This document shows, piece by piece, positions 38,730-50,207 of a stretch of 64,000 nucleotides of DNA. Location of the stretch: positions 1,116,001 through 1,180,000 of the forward strand of contig NIVC01000059.1 of the NCBI GenBank assembly GCA_002269645.1, read 5' to 3'. The notes beneath the pieces were generated by a model that made no database searches, was not told where the DNA came from, and was given only the letters and a program-made list of their open reading frames with translations. A program made the translations under genes and the position numbers. Position 1 is the first letter of the stretch; each line of letters begins with the position of its first letter. This DNA is from Macrostomum lignano (lineage: Eukaryota).

Positions 38730-39007
38730 TTCCAACTAGTTTGACGCATTGCTACGGAAGATCCGTGTTGGCCTCGCATCACATAGACTTGAATGATTTT
38801 CAAGCATAAAAGCACTGACTGAAAACTAAATAAACTTATTGTGTGGGCGTTACGGCCACTCAGGCATAGAAGCTTTATGCTGACTAACTTGTCGCATGTA
38901 TTGTGCTTTTTGCATCGACCGTCTGCGTTGGTTGGTACGCTAAAATTCAAAATCAATAGTGGCAATCTTTGAGTATAATCTTCTAAGTCGTATTGAAGCA
39001 ATAAAAG

Positions 39008-39297
39008 TCAATAACGATTGGCTGAAAGACCCTCCGCTTCGGGATATTTGGCAGCGTACTGCGGCGTCAAGGCAGCGTGACCGTGTCGGATTAAACTGTG
39101 AGCGGTGTCCACGACGCTCTGGGTCAGGTCCATCGGCTCCACTCGAAGCAGCTCGCGCATCTGAAGCAAAAAAGTCAGAGTAGCTACATGTATATAAGCG
39201 TGAAGGCCTACTAAGTTTATAGATGACTACTTTTTTGAGACAAACTGGCCTTTATCAACACTAAAAAAATCCTACATCTACATCTACATTTATCCAG

Positions 39298-39349
<52 letters not shown>

Positions 39350-42300
39350 TTATCTATCTATTTATGTATGTATATGTATTTATTTATTGATTTTTTATTT
39401 ATGTATTTATGTATCTATTCATCCATCTATCAGTGCCGCTTTCCGCTTTCATATCTGAGGTGTCCCTTGCTCAAAAAACAGACTTAACAGGCAACCACTT
39501 GAACAGATTGAGGGGGATTGCCCGTTTAATCTTGTCTTAACTTGTACCTTAGAATTGTCGTAGACAGTCTCGCAGCCCAGACCGAACAGTAGTTGGGTGA
39601 CGTCCGACCGGAAGTAGCCAATCAGCCGGAAAAGCATATCCGGCGCCGATCTGAGCGGCACTCGGTAGCCCAACGGGCCGAGGTGCTCATGCAGGATCAG
39701 GGCGATATCCTTCAGCGACAGGGTGCCCGTGTTGACAATCACCCTCTGGCCGTCCGTGCCGGAAGTCTTCAGAGCGCTCAGGTGGGCCTTGGCTACATCA
39801 CGGACGTCGACGCACGGAAGGAACACCTGAGGCAGCAGCGGCGCCTCGCGGTTCAAAAGGAACCTGATCAGGGTGAGCGATGTGCTGTAGGTGCTCTGGG
39901 CGAGCAGCGGCCCAATGACCACGCCTGGGTTGATGCACACCAGACTGAAGTGCGGGTCTGCGGGGCGATTCTCTTGATAAATACTTAATCCGTTAATCTC
40001 TGTATAGAAATAGAAAACTGCACTTAGAGTTGCCTATTCACTTTCGGATGCTTGCTCAACGCTGCTGACTTTCAGCGAGGAATCGAGGAGTTGAAAATTG
40101 GGTTTAAAGTACTTTGAGCACAGCATACGCATATTACAGAGCCTCACTGTCGATGACGTGTGTTTTTCCTTGAATATCGAATCAGATATCATCATCGTCA
40201 TGTACAGTCGTAGACGTCGGAAATTCACCTTTACAAGCTTAAATTGAGGGCGTCTACCTAGCAACCTACCAATACAAAAAACCTTTTAGTCTAACAGCCT
40301 AACCGTACTTCTAGCGAAAGTGTTTGATTAGGGTCAATCAATGTCTGTTCAGTCGATAGAACTTATAAATTGTAAATTCTGGCTCGTATATCGCATCATT
40401 TTTGTGAACAAATGATTTCTTTTTGAAATTGTCATTTCCTAACATTTTAGAGTCACGTATATGCTGATAGTTGTTGTAGTTTAGAATTTAAAATCATATA
40501 AACAAATTAGGGGCGTGGTGTTCTAGTGGCAGAGATATGCGGGCAGGACACAATGACTAATGCAATTTTGTTTTAACAAGTTTGCGCAAATAATGCAAGT
40601 GATGCCTACTTGCACAGGGGAACAGGATGTTATAATATAAACAACGCGAGCAAAGTGTTCAGGCAGCATGTGCTATCGTACATGCACAGGCAGTCATACA
40701 GAGAACATTAGAAGTTATCGCAGCTTTTACTCTTAATATCCTTGAACAATCGCCAGGCCTCTTTCTCGGCCAGGGTTTTGCTGGTTTCGTAAGTCAGTCC
40801 GAGCGGCCTGTTGTTGGTGTCGAACCAGACCGTCTCGTCATAGATCCGGCCTCTGGTACCCATGATGCCTGCGGTGTGGCGTTTTATGTAGTTCGGAAAA
40901 ATGCTTTAATGAATTCCAACAGCATATAGATACTTGTTCGATAGAATTATGCTATAGTTCCACTGTTGCCGAGTCTAACGTCCCTGTTTCCGAGTCTAAC
41001 GTCACTGCAACAGAGTCTAACGTCACTGCAACAGAGTCTAACGTAACTGCAACAGAGTCTAACGTCCCTGTTGCCGACTCTAACGTCACTGCAACAGAGT
41101 CTAACGTCCCTGTTGGCGAGTCTAACGTCACTGCAACAGAGTCTAACGTCACTGCAACAGAGTCTAACGTAACTGCAACAGAGTCTAACGTCCCTGTTGC
41201 CGACTCTAACGTCACTGCAACAGAGTCTAACGTCCCTGTTGCCGACTCTAACGTCACTGCAACAGAGTCTAACGTCCCTGTTGCCGACTCTAACGTCACT
41301 GCAACAGAGTGTAACGTCCCTGTTGGCGAGTCTAACGTCACTGCAACAGAGTCTAACGTCCCTGTTTCCGGTCTAACGTCACTGCAACAGAGTCTAACGT
41401 CCCTGTTTCCGGTCTAACGTCACTGCAACAGAGTCTAACGTCCCTGTTTCCGGTCTAACGTCACTGCAACAGAGTCTAACGTCCCTGTTGCCGAGTCTAA
41501 CGTCCCTACTCTAGTTCTTATCTACGCCCGTAGTTGATACCTTCTCGTAAAAAGTTAGAGGTCAAAAAACAAACCCGCAATGCTGGCTACCGAGGATGTT
41601 ACAACCAACTTCTTGACAGATTTTGTCGCGGCCACGGCTTCAATGATGGCTCTGGTGCCGCCGATGGCTGTCCGCAGGGTTACATCGGCCTCGGCTTGAG
41701 TTTTCGGCACCCTCTCTGGCAAACTGCTGGCCACGTGGACAACGTACTGACAGCCGCTGACTAACTGCGTCCAGCTGACTGTCTGGTCCAGCAGGTCAGC
41801 TTCGACAAACTCGATTCTATCGCTCAGATACTCGGACAAAGCAGCTTTGAGCTGGCTCACCTAGTATTGATTACAGTCAAAATAGTAGATGATAAGCGTC
41901 TACGGTATTTGACCTTAAATGTCACATCGATGCTGGCTGGTAGATTCTTCTTTCCCAGATCATTCCCAACTTAATGGCCATGGATAACCAAAGTGTAGGG
42001 ACACTGTACAACTGCAACACTGTACATTCTCGCTATAGTGTGTCTTATAGAACCGGTCTCTAGCGACAATGTACGGCGGTTCTCCTGTGTTTTTTCCGAA
42101 ACATATTTTCAGAAAGGCTCTGAGTATCTTACGAGCTACACCATCCAAAATAAACATTTCTTATCTTACCTCAAATGCTATTTCTAAACATTAAAGGGGT
42201 TTAGGCTCTAATTTCATTTCCAGATTAATCTATAAATAGCTATATAAACTTATGCGCGAACGTCGCTGAGCGAAATTTCCATAATCCAATACTCTGATCT

Positions 42301-44335
42301 ATATTTCACAAGAAAAATTACCTTGACGTTTTGATTGGAAGTCAAATTTCGCGCGGTCACTCGCAAGCTGTATCCATCGCCCAGCAACAGCTTGGCGACG
42401 TGGCTGCCAATAAAGCCGGTTGCTCCAGTCAGTAAAACTAAGCCTGGGAGGATGCAGTCAGCTGACTAAATTATTGCGATGCTGAGCTTGTAACAAATTT
42501 ATGCGTCCAGTTTTGCTGATGCTACCACCGACACTTATGCCGGTACATCTAACGACACATCTACCGACACATCTACCGACACATCTACCGACACATCTAA
42601 CGACACATCTAACGACACATCTACCGACACATCTACCAACACATCTAACGACACATCTAGCGACACATCTACCGACACATCTACCGACACATCTACCGAC
42701 ACATCTAACGACACATCTACCGACACATCTACCGACACATCTACCGACACATCTACCGACACATCTAACGACACATCTACCGACACATCTACCGACACAT
42801 CTACCAACACATCTAACGACACATCTACCGACACATCTATTAACACATCTACCGACACATCAACCGACACATCTACCGACACATCTAGCGACACATCTAC
42901 CGACACATCTAGCGACACATCTACCGACACATCTACCGACACATCTACCGACACATCTACCGACACATCTACCGACACATCTACCGACACATCTAACGAC
43001 ACATCTACCGACACATCTAACGACACATCTACCGACACATCTACCAACACATCTAACGACACATCTACCGACACATCTACCGACACATCTAACGACACAT
43101 CTACCGACACATCAACCGACACATCTACCGACACATCTACCGACACATCTAACGACACATCTACCGACACATCTACCGACACATCTACCAACACATCTAA
43201 CGACACATCTACCGACACATCTATTAACACATCTAACGACACATCTACCGACACATCTACCGACACATCTACCGACACATCTAACGACACATCTACCGAC
43301 ACATCTACCGACACATCTACCGACACATCTACCGACACATCTAACGACACATCTACCGACACATCTACCGACACATCTACCAACACATCTAACGACACAT
43401 CTACCGACACATCTATTAACACATCTACCGACACATCTACCGAAACATCTAACGACACATCTACCGACACATCTACCGACACATCTACCGACACATCTAC
43501 CGACACATCTAACGACACATCTACCGACACATCTAACGACACATCTACCGACACATCTACCAACACATCTAACGACACATCTACCGACACATCTACCGAC
43601 ACATCTAACGACACATCTACCGACACATCTACCGACACATCTACCGACACATCTACCGACACATCTAACGACACATCTACCGACACATCTACCGACACAT
43701 CTACCAACACATCTAACGACACATCTACCGACACATCTATTAACACATCTAACGACACATCTACCGACACATCTACCGACACATCAACCGACACATCTAC
43801 CGACACATCAACCGACACATCTACGGACACATCAACCGACACATCTACCGACACATCAACCGACACATCTACCGACACATCAACCGACACATCAACCGAC
43901 ACATCTACCGACACATCAACCGACACATCTACCGACACATCTACCGACACATCAACCGACACATCTAGCGACACATCTAGCGACACATCAACCGACACAT
44001 CTAGCGACACATCTAGCGACACATCGACCGATGCATCTATTAACCCTTTCATTGACAATGAAAGCCTTTCAAAGCCTTGAAACCCTTTCAGAGACACCTC
44101 GACAGACACTTCTAGCGACACTTTACATATTTTCTACCGACTCCATTCCTTTTCATTGACAAATATAAAACTCAACAGTTAGTTTTGATAATCAGTTGAA
44201 CAAAAATTGTAATGCAGCAAAAAATTTACGCATAAATTTTATTATTATACTATAATATTAAATCTGAAGAATGCTGTATAATTTTAGATTAGAGAAATTG
44301 AACAAAGCAACGAACTTACCCTGACTTTCAGACAT
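39008..44335 (-). CDS. Extended-SDR NAD(P)-dependent reductase/epimerase, DFR/CCR/GRE2-like; 6 exons, 374 aa
   Basis: Exons 44335..44320, 42443..42322, 41860..41575, 40868..40731, 39957..39548 and 39160..39008; all phases are compatible (1125 nt). Motifs [35 protein letters not shown] and [10 protein letters not shown]. Confidence 0.92.
39296..39360. repeat. Short (TATC)n microsatellite in the last reductase intron
   Basis: About 14 copies. Confidence 0.9.
40965..41506. repeat. 21-bp minisatellite with two alternating unit types (GAGTCTAACGTCACTGCAACA / GAGTCTAACGTCCCTGTTGCC)
   Basis: About 25 units in reductase intron 3, largely A-B alternation with A-A-A runs. Confidence 0.93.
42524..44036. 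repeat. 12-bp minisatellite (ACATCTACCGAC), about 1.5 kb, in reductase intron 1
   Basis: About 125 units. The 552-aa and 528-aa ORFs are the repeat read on each strand. Confidence 0.97.
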
Positions 44336-44529
44336 GCTAAACAGAAAGAAACTGTAGCATTAGACAAGAAAGTGAAGTTTTTAAGCTAGTGAAGAGAAAA
44401 GCTCTTATAGTTTTGGCTTTTTTAATCAGTTGCCATGTGGAGAGAGGGGCAGGCAGAACTCAGATAACAGGTGCGCACAAGCAAAAGTTACTTCTACGAG
44501 TTGGTTTTTTATTTCAAGTTAAAACTTTT

Positions 44530-44937
44530 TTAAAATCCGACAGTCTTCGGGCAGGTTGCACCGTCCGAGTTGGTAACCATGGCAACCCGTTGAAACACCT
44601 GCAGTCCGGCGCAGTCGCCCAGGTGTTGAAAAGCCCACGCGACGCCGGCTGAGTCAGTCTGGATTTGGCACCTGGCCGCGTCCGGTGTTGACATGCAGCG
44701 AGGCGGACCCGCCGAGTCCTTGGAGCCGCAGTCAAACCTGCTCAAACTGGATTTCGGTCCAGAGAATCGGTAGATCAATTGCTGAGGCTCGGCCGCTGAC
44801 AGGTGCGGACAGGACTGAGTGACCAGGCGCAGCAGTTCAGATCTGAGATCGCTGTCGGCTCCAGATTCCGTTGCTACTAGAAGCAGAAGCGGCAACAGCA
44901 AACTGATGCGATGCAACGTCAAGTAGTTGAAGAACAT
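44530..44937 (-). CDS. Small secreted cysteine-rich protein of unknown family, 135 aa, single exon
   Basis: AAAATG start, signal-peptide-like RISLLLPLLLLVATESGA, six Cys in the mature part, GC-rich exon-like composition, and AATAAA 17 nt after the stop (44513..44508). Confidence 0.75.
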   Translation of the reverse strand: MFFNYLTLHRISLLLPLLLLVATESGADSDLRSELLRLVTQSCPHLSAAEPQQLIYRFSGPKSSLSRFDCGSKDSAGPPRCMSTPDAARCQIQTDSAGVAWAFQHLGDCAGLQVFQRVAMVTNSDGATCPKTVGF

Positions 44938-45596
44938 TTTGGGGCTTCTTTAGTAAACTGAAACTTACCAGAGCTGGAAAGTTACTTTGCTTCTAAATCG
45001 TTGCATCCTTTCACCTTTTTTATAGCCATAACTATAAGCCGACGAATTTTCCAGGAACAGAACGAATTGCAACAAAAATACAGCGATGCTATTTTTGGAA
45101 CAGCCAATTACGTTTCAGCTTAATAATAATATCTTTAATAGACAGGTAGAGAGAGGGTAGCAGAGGATGTCTCAATTTTTATTATTTAAAAAAATTATGA
45201 TGACATGATTATACAGAATCGTTATCGTTTTTTATCCTCACAAGATTAACTTAAGCGGATGTCCTCTAGATATTTTCTCGGTCGGTTGAAACTATATTTA
45301 ATGTGGCTAAAATTACATACGATTATTGCACATGATGACATCCTAAAAATAGCACATTATGGGCACTTTCTCTCTCCTTGCCCCCTGCTATTTTAACTTG
45401 GAAATTCTAAGCAACGTAACTATACAACGTCGTTATACAGCTGGTTTGGCTGAGATAGCTATGTACAATTCGCATGCATAAATGTGGATAATTGATTAAA
45501 GGCTTTGCCTGGAAATTTACCGGAAAATTTCCCATTAGGTGCAAATTTTTATCTGATAAAATTTCGATGCAATTAAGGTTAAAGTGAATAGTTCCC

Positions 45597-45632
<36 letters not shown>

Positions 45633-45906
45633 TTTAAAAAGTAAAAAGAGTTTCTTATTGACCCAATTCCTTGAAGTGTAATCCTAATTGCTTTGCTGCC
45701 TAAAGTATACTCAGCAATATTGAAAAAATCGTCATCACAGAAGATTCCGTCTGTGGTCGCCACTTTTGAGAGTGCAGGTAAAGTCTCTCAATCTTTGCGA
45801 GTGACGCAACTTAGCTACGCCGTGCGGCAGACTTCAGTTGAGGAATGGTGGGGGAGCGGTGTGCGAGGGTTGGACGGGTTAAAGCTACCCCGATCAGTTT
45901 TATCGC

Positions 45907-48043
45907 CTGATTGGGCGGGACTGGCTGGATAGCCTTCCGCTAGACTGGAGCAGCGTCAACCAAGTCTAGACCAAGGGCGAGCATCCTAGAGTCTGCCAAC
46001 TGCTGAAGGAGTTCGCCAATGTCTTCGAGCCGGGTCTCGGCAAGTTCTCCCGGCCGCCAGTGCGCCTGAACCTGAAAGCTGACGCCTGCCCTCGCTTCCT
46101 GAAGGCTCGCAGCGTGCCGTTCGCCCTGAAGGCCAAAGTCGAGGAGCAGCTCGACGAAGAGATCGAGCAGGGCGTGTTAGAGCCGGTCGCCAGCTCTGAC
46201 TACGCGTCGCCTATCGTGCCAGTGCTCAAGTCGGATGGCTCCGTCCGAATCTGCGCGGACTTCAAGAGGACGGTCAATCTGGACGTGGAGCCGGACCGCT
46301 ATCCGCTGCCGCGGATCGAGGAGATCTTCGCCAAGTTGGCCGGAGGACAGCGGTTCACGAAGCTTGACCTATCGCAAGCCTACTCGCAGTGGCCACTAGA
46401 CGAGTCGTCCCAGAAGCTCTGCACTATCAACACCACAAAGGGGCTGCTGCGCTAACGCACGGCTGCCATTCGGTATGACTCCTGCAGTCAGAATTTTACA
46501 AAGGCAGATAGGCAGATGTTCGTCGAGTCTGGTCAGTGGCCAAAGCCTTCGCCACCGGAGCTTCGCCCGTTCGGTTCGCGGTCAGCCGAGCTCAGTGTGC
46601 AGGACGGCTGCATCCTGTGGGGCAGTCGCGTCGTGGTTCCTAAGAGCGGACGATCACCCTTGCTGCAGTGTCTGCACCAAGGTCACCAAGGCGCCACTCG
46701 GATGAAGGCGCTCGCCCGCAGCGTCTTTTGGTGGCCCAATCTGGACGCTGACATCGAGCAGGTGGCGAGCCGGTGTCAAGACTTCCAGGAGCTGCAAAAG
46801 TCGCGGGCGCCCTACCCACTACAGCCGTGGGCTTGGCCGGACGTGGTCACGGATCCACGTCGACTACGCTGGACCAGTCGACGGACGCATGCTGCTGGTG
46901 CTGGTGGATACGCACTCCAAGTGGCTGGATGTCCACATCATGACAGGTTCGATTACCGCGGCTACCGTCCAGAAGCTGCGCCAGAGCTTCGCAACTCACG
47001 GGCTGCCAGAAATTCTTGTGTTGGACAACGGGCCCAATCTAGTGAGCGAGGAGATGGAGCGGTTTCTCCGGAGCAATGGCATCCAGCACGTTCGCACGGC
47101 ACCGTACCACCCGGCATCGAACGGCCAGGCCGAGCGCACCGTCCAGACGCTAAAGAGGTCGCTCGCCAGGCGGAGAGGAGGCTCGCTGGAGGAGCGCGTG
47201 TCCCGGTTCCTCCTGACCTACCGGACGACGCCGCATTCAACGACTGGTGTCGCACCCTGTGAGCTGCTGATGGGGCGGAGGCTGCGCTCGCTGCTCGACC
47301 GGGTCCGGCCAGACCTGCCGTTGAAGGTCGGGTGCCAACAGGCAATGAGAAGGAGCGACATGACGAACGCGCCCACCACCGGCCGATCGCGGCCGGAGAC
47401 TCCGTGCTGGCAAGGGACTTTTCCGACGAGGGCCGATGGAAGCCGGCAACCGTGACCAGTAGCCTCAGTGCAGCAAACTTCACCTGCGAGTTCAATGATA
47501 GCCGAACAGCTCACCGTCATGCCGACCAAGATCGGAAGCCTGCGGCTACTGCCTCGTCCGATTCAGAGTTTCCTAACCGCGTGCCGCAGCAGTCGGCTAG
47601 CGAGCCTGACAGTTCAGCTGACCCAACGGCCGATGCCAGTGGAGTCGACAGTGCTGAAACAGCGACGAGCCCCGAACTACCGAGACGTTCGGCCAGAGTG
47701 CGGATGGCTCCTGATCGACTGACTTACCACTGCGATGACCTAGTCGTGTGTACTGACTTGCTCTATTCTGTTCCTACACAGTGACTTGATGGGGAGGAAT
47801 GTGATGACTTAGCTCGGCCGTGCTGTTCCTTGCCATCTATACCAAATGAGTTTGGTTCGTTGCACGCAATGTGTAACTTCTATGTACTCGTGCTTTCTCT
47901 CTATCAATTGCTCAGCCTGCACGTTGTACCTTGTTCGCCTAAGCATACGCAACGTGCATTCCTTTCGGTCTCTACTATAAATACATGGTATTGGGAGACA
48001 CTAGCTCTCTATCTTGGTTCTAACTAAAACATAGTCTACAACA
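45907..48043 (+). mobile_element. Degenerate Ty3/gypsy LTR retrotransposon (K02A2.6/Mag-like), 5'-truncated and internally deleted, with 3' LTR
   Basis: Protease tail LIGRDWL at 45907; RT N-half (ASPIVPVLKSDGSVRICADFK, KLDLSQAY, RLPFG) at 46060..46512; integrase Zn finger and DDE core (LVDTHSKW, LDNGP, SNGQAER) at 46516..47330; PPT GGGGAGGAA at 47791..47799; LTR TGT...ACA at 47800..48043. It carries stops and frameshifts. Confidence 0.93.
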
Positions 48044-48261
48044 GTTGGTGCGAATTGCGGCGTTAAAGGTTTCAAACAAAGGTATTACATTGGTGTTCGA
48101 TGCCCACTGAGGTCCTCGTCGGAGTCTGATCTCACGTTCTCCGATCTCGCCTCTAGCTTGCTACAGGGTTGGGAACGGCATTAGGTGCTCGAGCTTGAGG
48201 ACTCACCTCGACATCGATTGCCGACAGGGCAGCGCCTGGGCATCAGGAGGAAGACAACCTT

Positions 48262-49890
48262 TCACGCACCGTCGCACTTCGTCAGAGCGTCCTCTATCTC
48301 AGTGAAGAAACCCATGTACAGGGTTTGCAAGGATTTGCCATCGCTGATCTTGAAGTTCGGCTTCGCCGCCACATTGGCGTACGTGCCGGCACTTGCCTTC
48401 TTGGGCGTCTTAGGATCAAGCGAGAGGTCGGTGCGCTGGTCTGCCCGTTGCCTTTTGCGCTCAAGGCCAGCCGAAGTTTTATCATCCCATTTGCGACGGG
48501 TGACGACCTGAAAGCGGCCGTTTTCATACACACCCACAGTGGGGGTGGATGCCGAGGTGCGAGGGTTTCCGCTGGGTTCGCGGTGAGGTCAACCTTCATG
48601 TTGGAGGGTTGGGGGATTTACGGACCCCCAGCCGCGTGAAGTTTCGGCTCCTGAGCTGTTTTTGTACGCTTTATTTATCTATGAAGCGTAGGCTGGAATA
48701 AAGAAGCTAAGATCTAGAAAATGGGGCGGTTAACCGTGCGGGGGTGGATATACCTCCAGCAAGCTCCGGAGAATCCATCATGCAGCTGCTTTCGCTGCTT
48801 GTGCTATCCTTTTGTTTTTCAAACTCTTCAATGACATTGATTGTGAAGTCGGGCATAAGATCCTCTATTTTAAAGCTCTGGTTCAATGACTTGGGTGTAT
48901 TCAGTTTCAATGGCTTGAGCATATTGTCTGCGGACCTGAGTAGGCTGTCTTGGGGGAGGAGGACTTCTTTGTTGTCGATAAGGTACCGAAGCATTTCCTT
49001 GTCTGTTCTGTTGTGTCTGTTCTGTTCAATTGCGATTTTTAGGACGAGTCCAATTTTTTCTTCTGTTGTCATTATATTGTCTTGGATTGCCACATGATCG
49101 GCAGTCTCTAGCGTAATGACCAAATCTTCCACAGGTGTAGCAAGTGGGTGGCGGAGCGTATCTCTGTCGCTGTAGCATGATCGCAGAAGTTTGGTGTTGC
49201 TGCATAAGTTTGCTCAATGTCGTATCACTACTACGAGTAGTCAATAGTGGGGCACTTGCTTCCCATTGCATGCCGCAACGAATTAATTGTTTCTCTGTCT
49301 CAATAGTTTCTCCTAACAATCTGTCTCGCAGAGAAGGTTGAGCATTAATAATGACATGGAGGATTAAGCTTTGTTCTTGATCAGCAAGGCGTTGTCTTTC
49401 TCGTGCAGCTACATGTAATTCTGCTGGTCCGATAGGTTGAGCTCCTGGGTTCGGTGGTGGTGGCTGGTGCAACAACTTTAATAATTTTGCGGACATCATC
49501 GACGAAGGTAAGGAAGGATTCCGTCAGACTCATTTTTCGGATATGAAGTTTGTGTAGAAGCACGGATCGATTGGTTCCACATCTGGCGAATTGTGTTCTT
49601 AGTTGTGTATCTAAAGTATGATAGTCTTGCTGAGCAGCAGCATTTAGTTTTCCATAAATTTCTCTGGCAGTACCTTCTAGCAGTGGAGGAAGAATAAGTG
49701 TCTTTTCTGGATTTTGTAGTCCATATTCGTGAGTTTCAAGGTCAAAGTGTTCAATGAATGTATTGAAATCCTTATCCATAGTATACATTCCAACAGTTTC
49801 CTTAACATCGCAATGCACTGTAGGGTTTCTTCAATTCGAGCCATATGTTCAAATGGAAACGGTAAAAGGACCAGATCTGGATCAATTTCC
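48262..49890 (-). mobile_element. Frameshifted gag/ORF1-like retroelement remnants without pol
   Basis: CCHC knuckle CYTCGRFGHYARDC at about 49142..49101, preceded by a capsid-like helical ORF (49818..49381) in another frame. The 48262..48640 segment has FQVVTRRK and TYANVAAK, reminiscent of non-LTR ORF1. Confidence 0.65.
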
Positions 49891-49931
49891 AAAGGGTTTT
49901 CCAGAGTGAACTTTCAAAGTGGTGAAAAAGT

Positions 49932-49937
49932 GCGTGC

Positions 49938-49993
<56 letters not shown>
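49932..49993. repeat. (TG)n microsatellite (another at 45597..45627)
   Basis: Directly visible. Confidence 0.95.
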
Positions 49994-49996
<3 letters not shown>

Positions 49997-50207
49997 TTCT
50001 GTGGTTCTGACTCTAGTCTAAAGTCTGACTAAACACACGCAGTCGACATTCCAAAGTTAGTCATAGACTGTTTGATTAAAAAGAATTTTGTATCAGTATC
50101 GTTAAAATTTGCTTGTCACCTCGTCATCGGCGTTAGACAGAAAGATTTATTAGCTAGTAGCCAACATATTATAAAAGTACTACGGAATCCTTTCAAGCTA
50201 CCGAAAA

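Noticed and set aside
42501-44159. 552-aa (THLP)n and 528-aa (VSVD)n ORFs, the longest in the track
   Set aside because: The 12-bp repeat is stop-free on both strands and lies inside a phase-consistent intron of the reductase gene.
48044-48062. TGG-starting sequence after the LTR as a primer-binding site of a tandem element
   Set aside because: The LTR is preceded by a PPT and integrase, so it is a 3' LTR, and no plus-strand gag follows.
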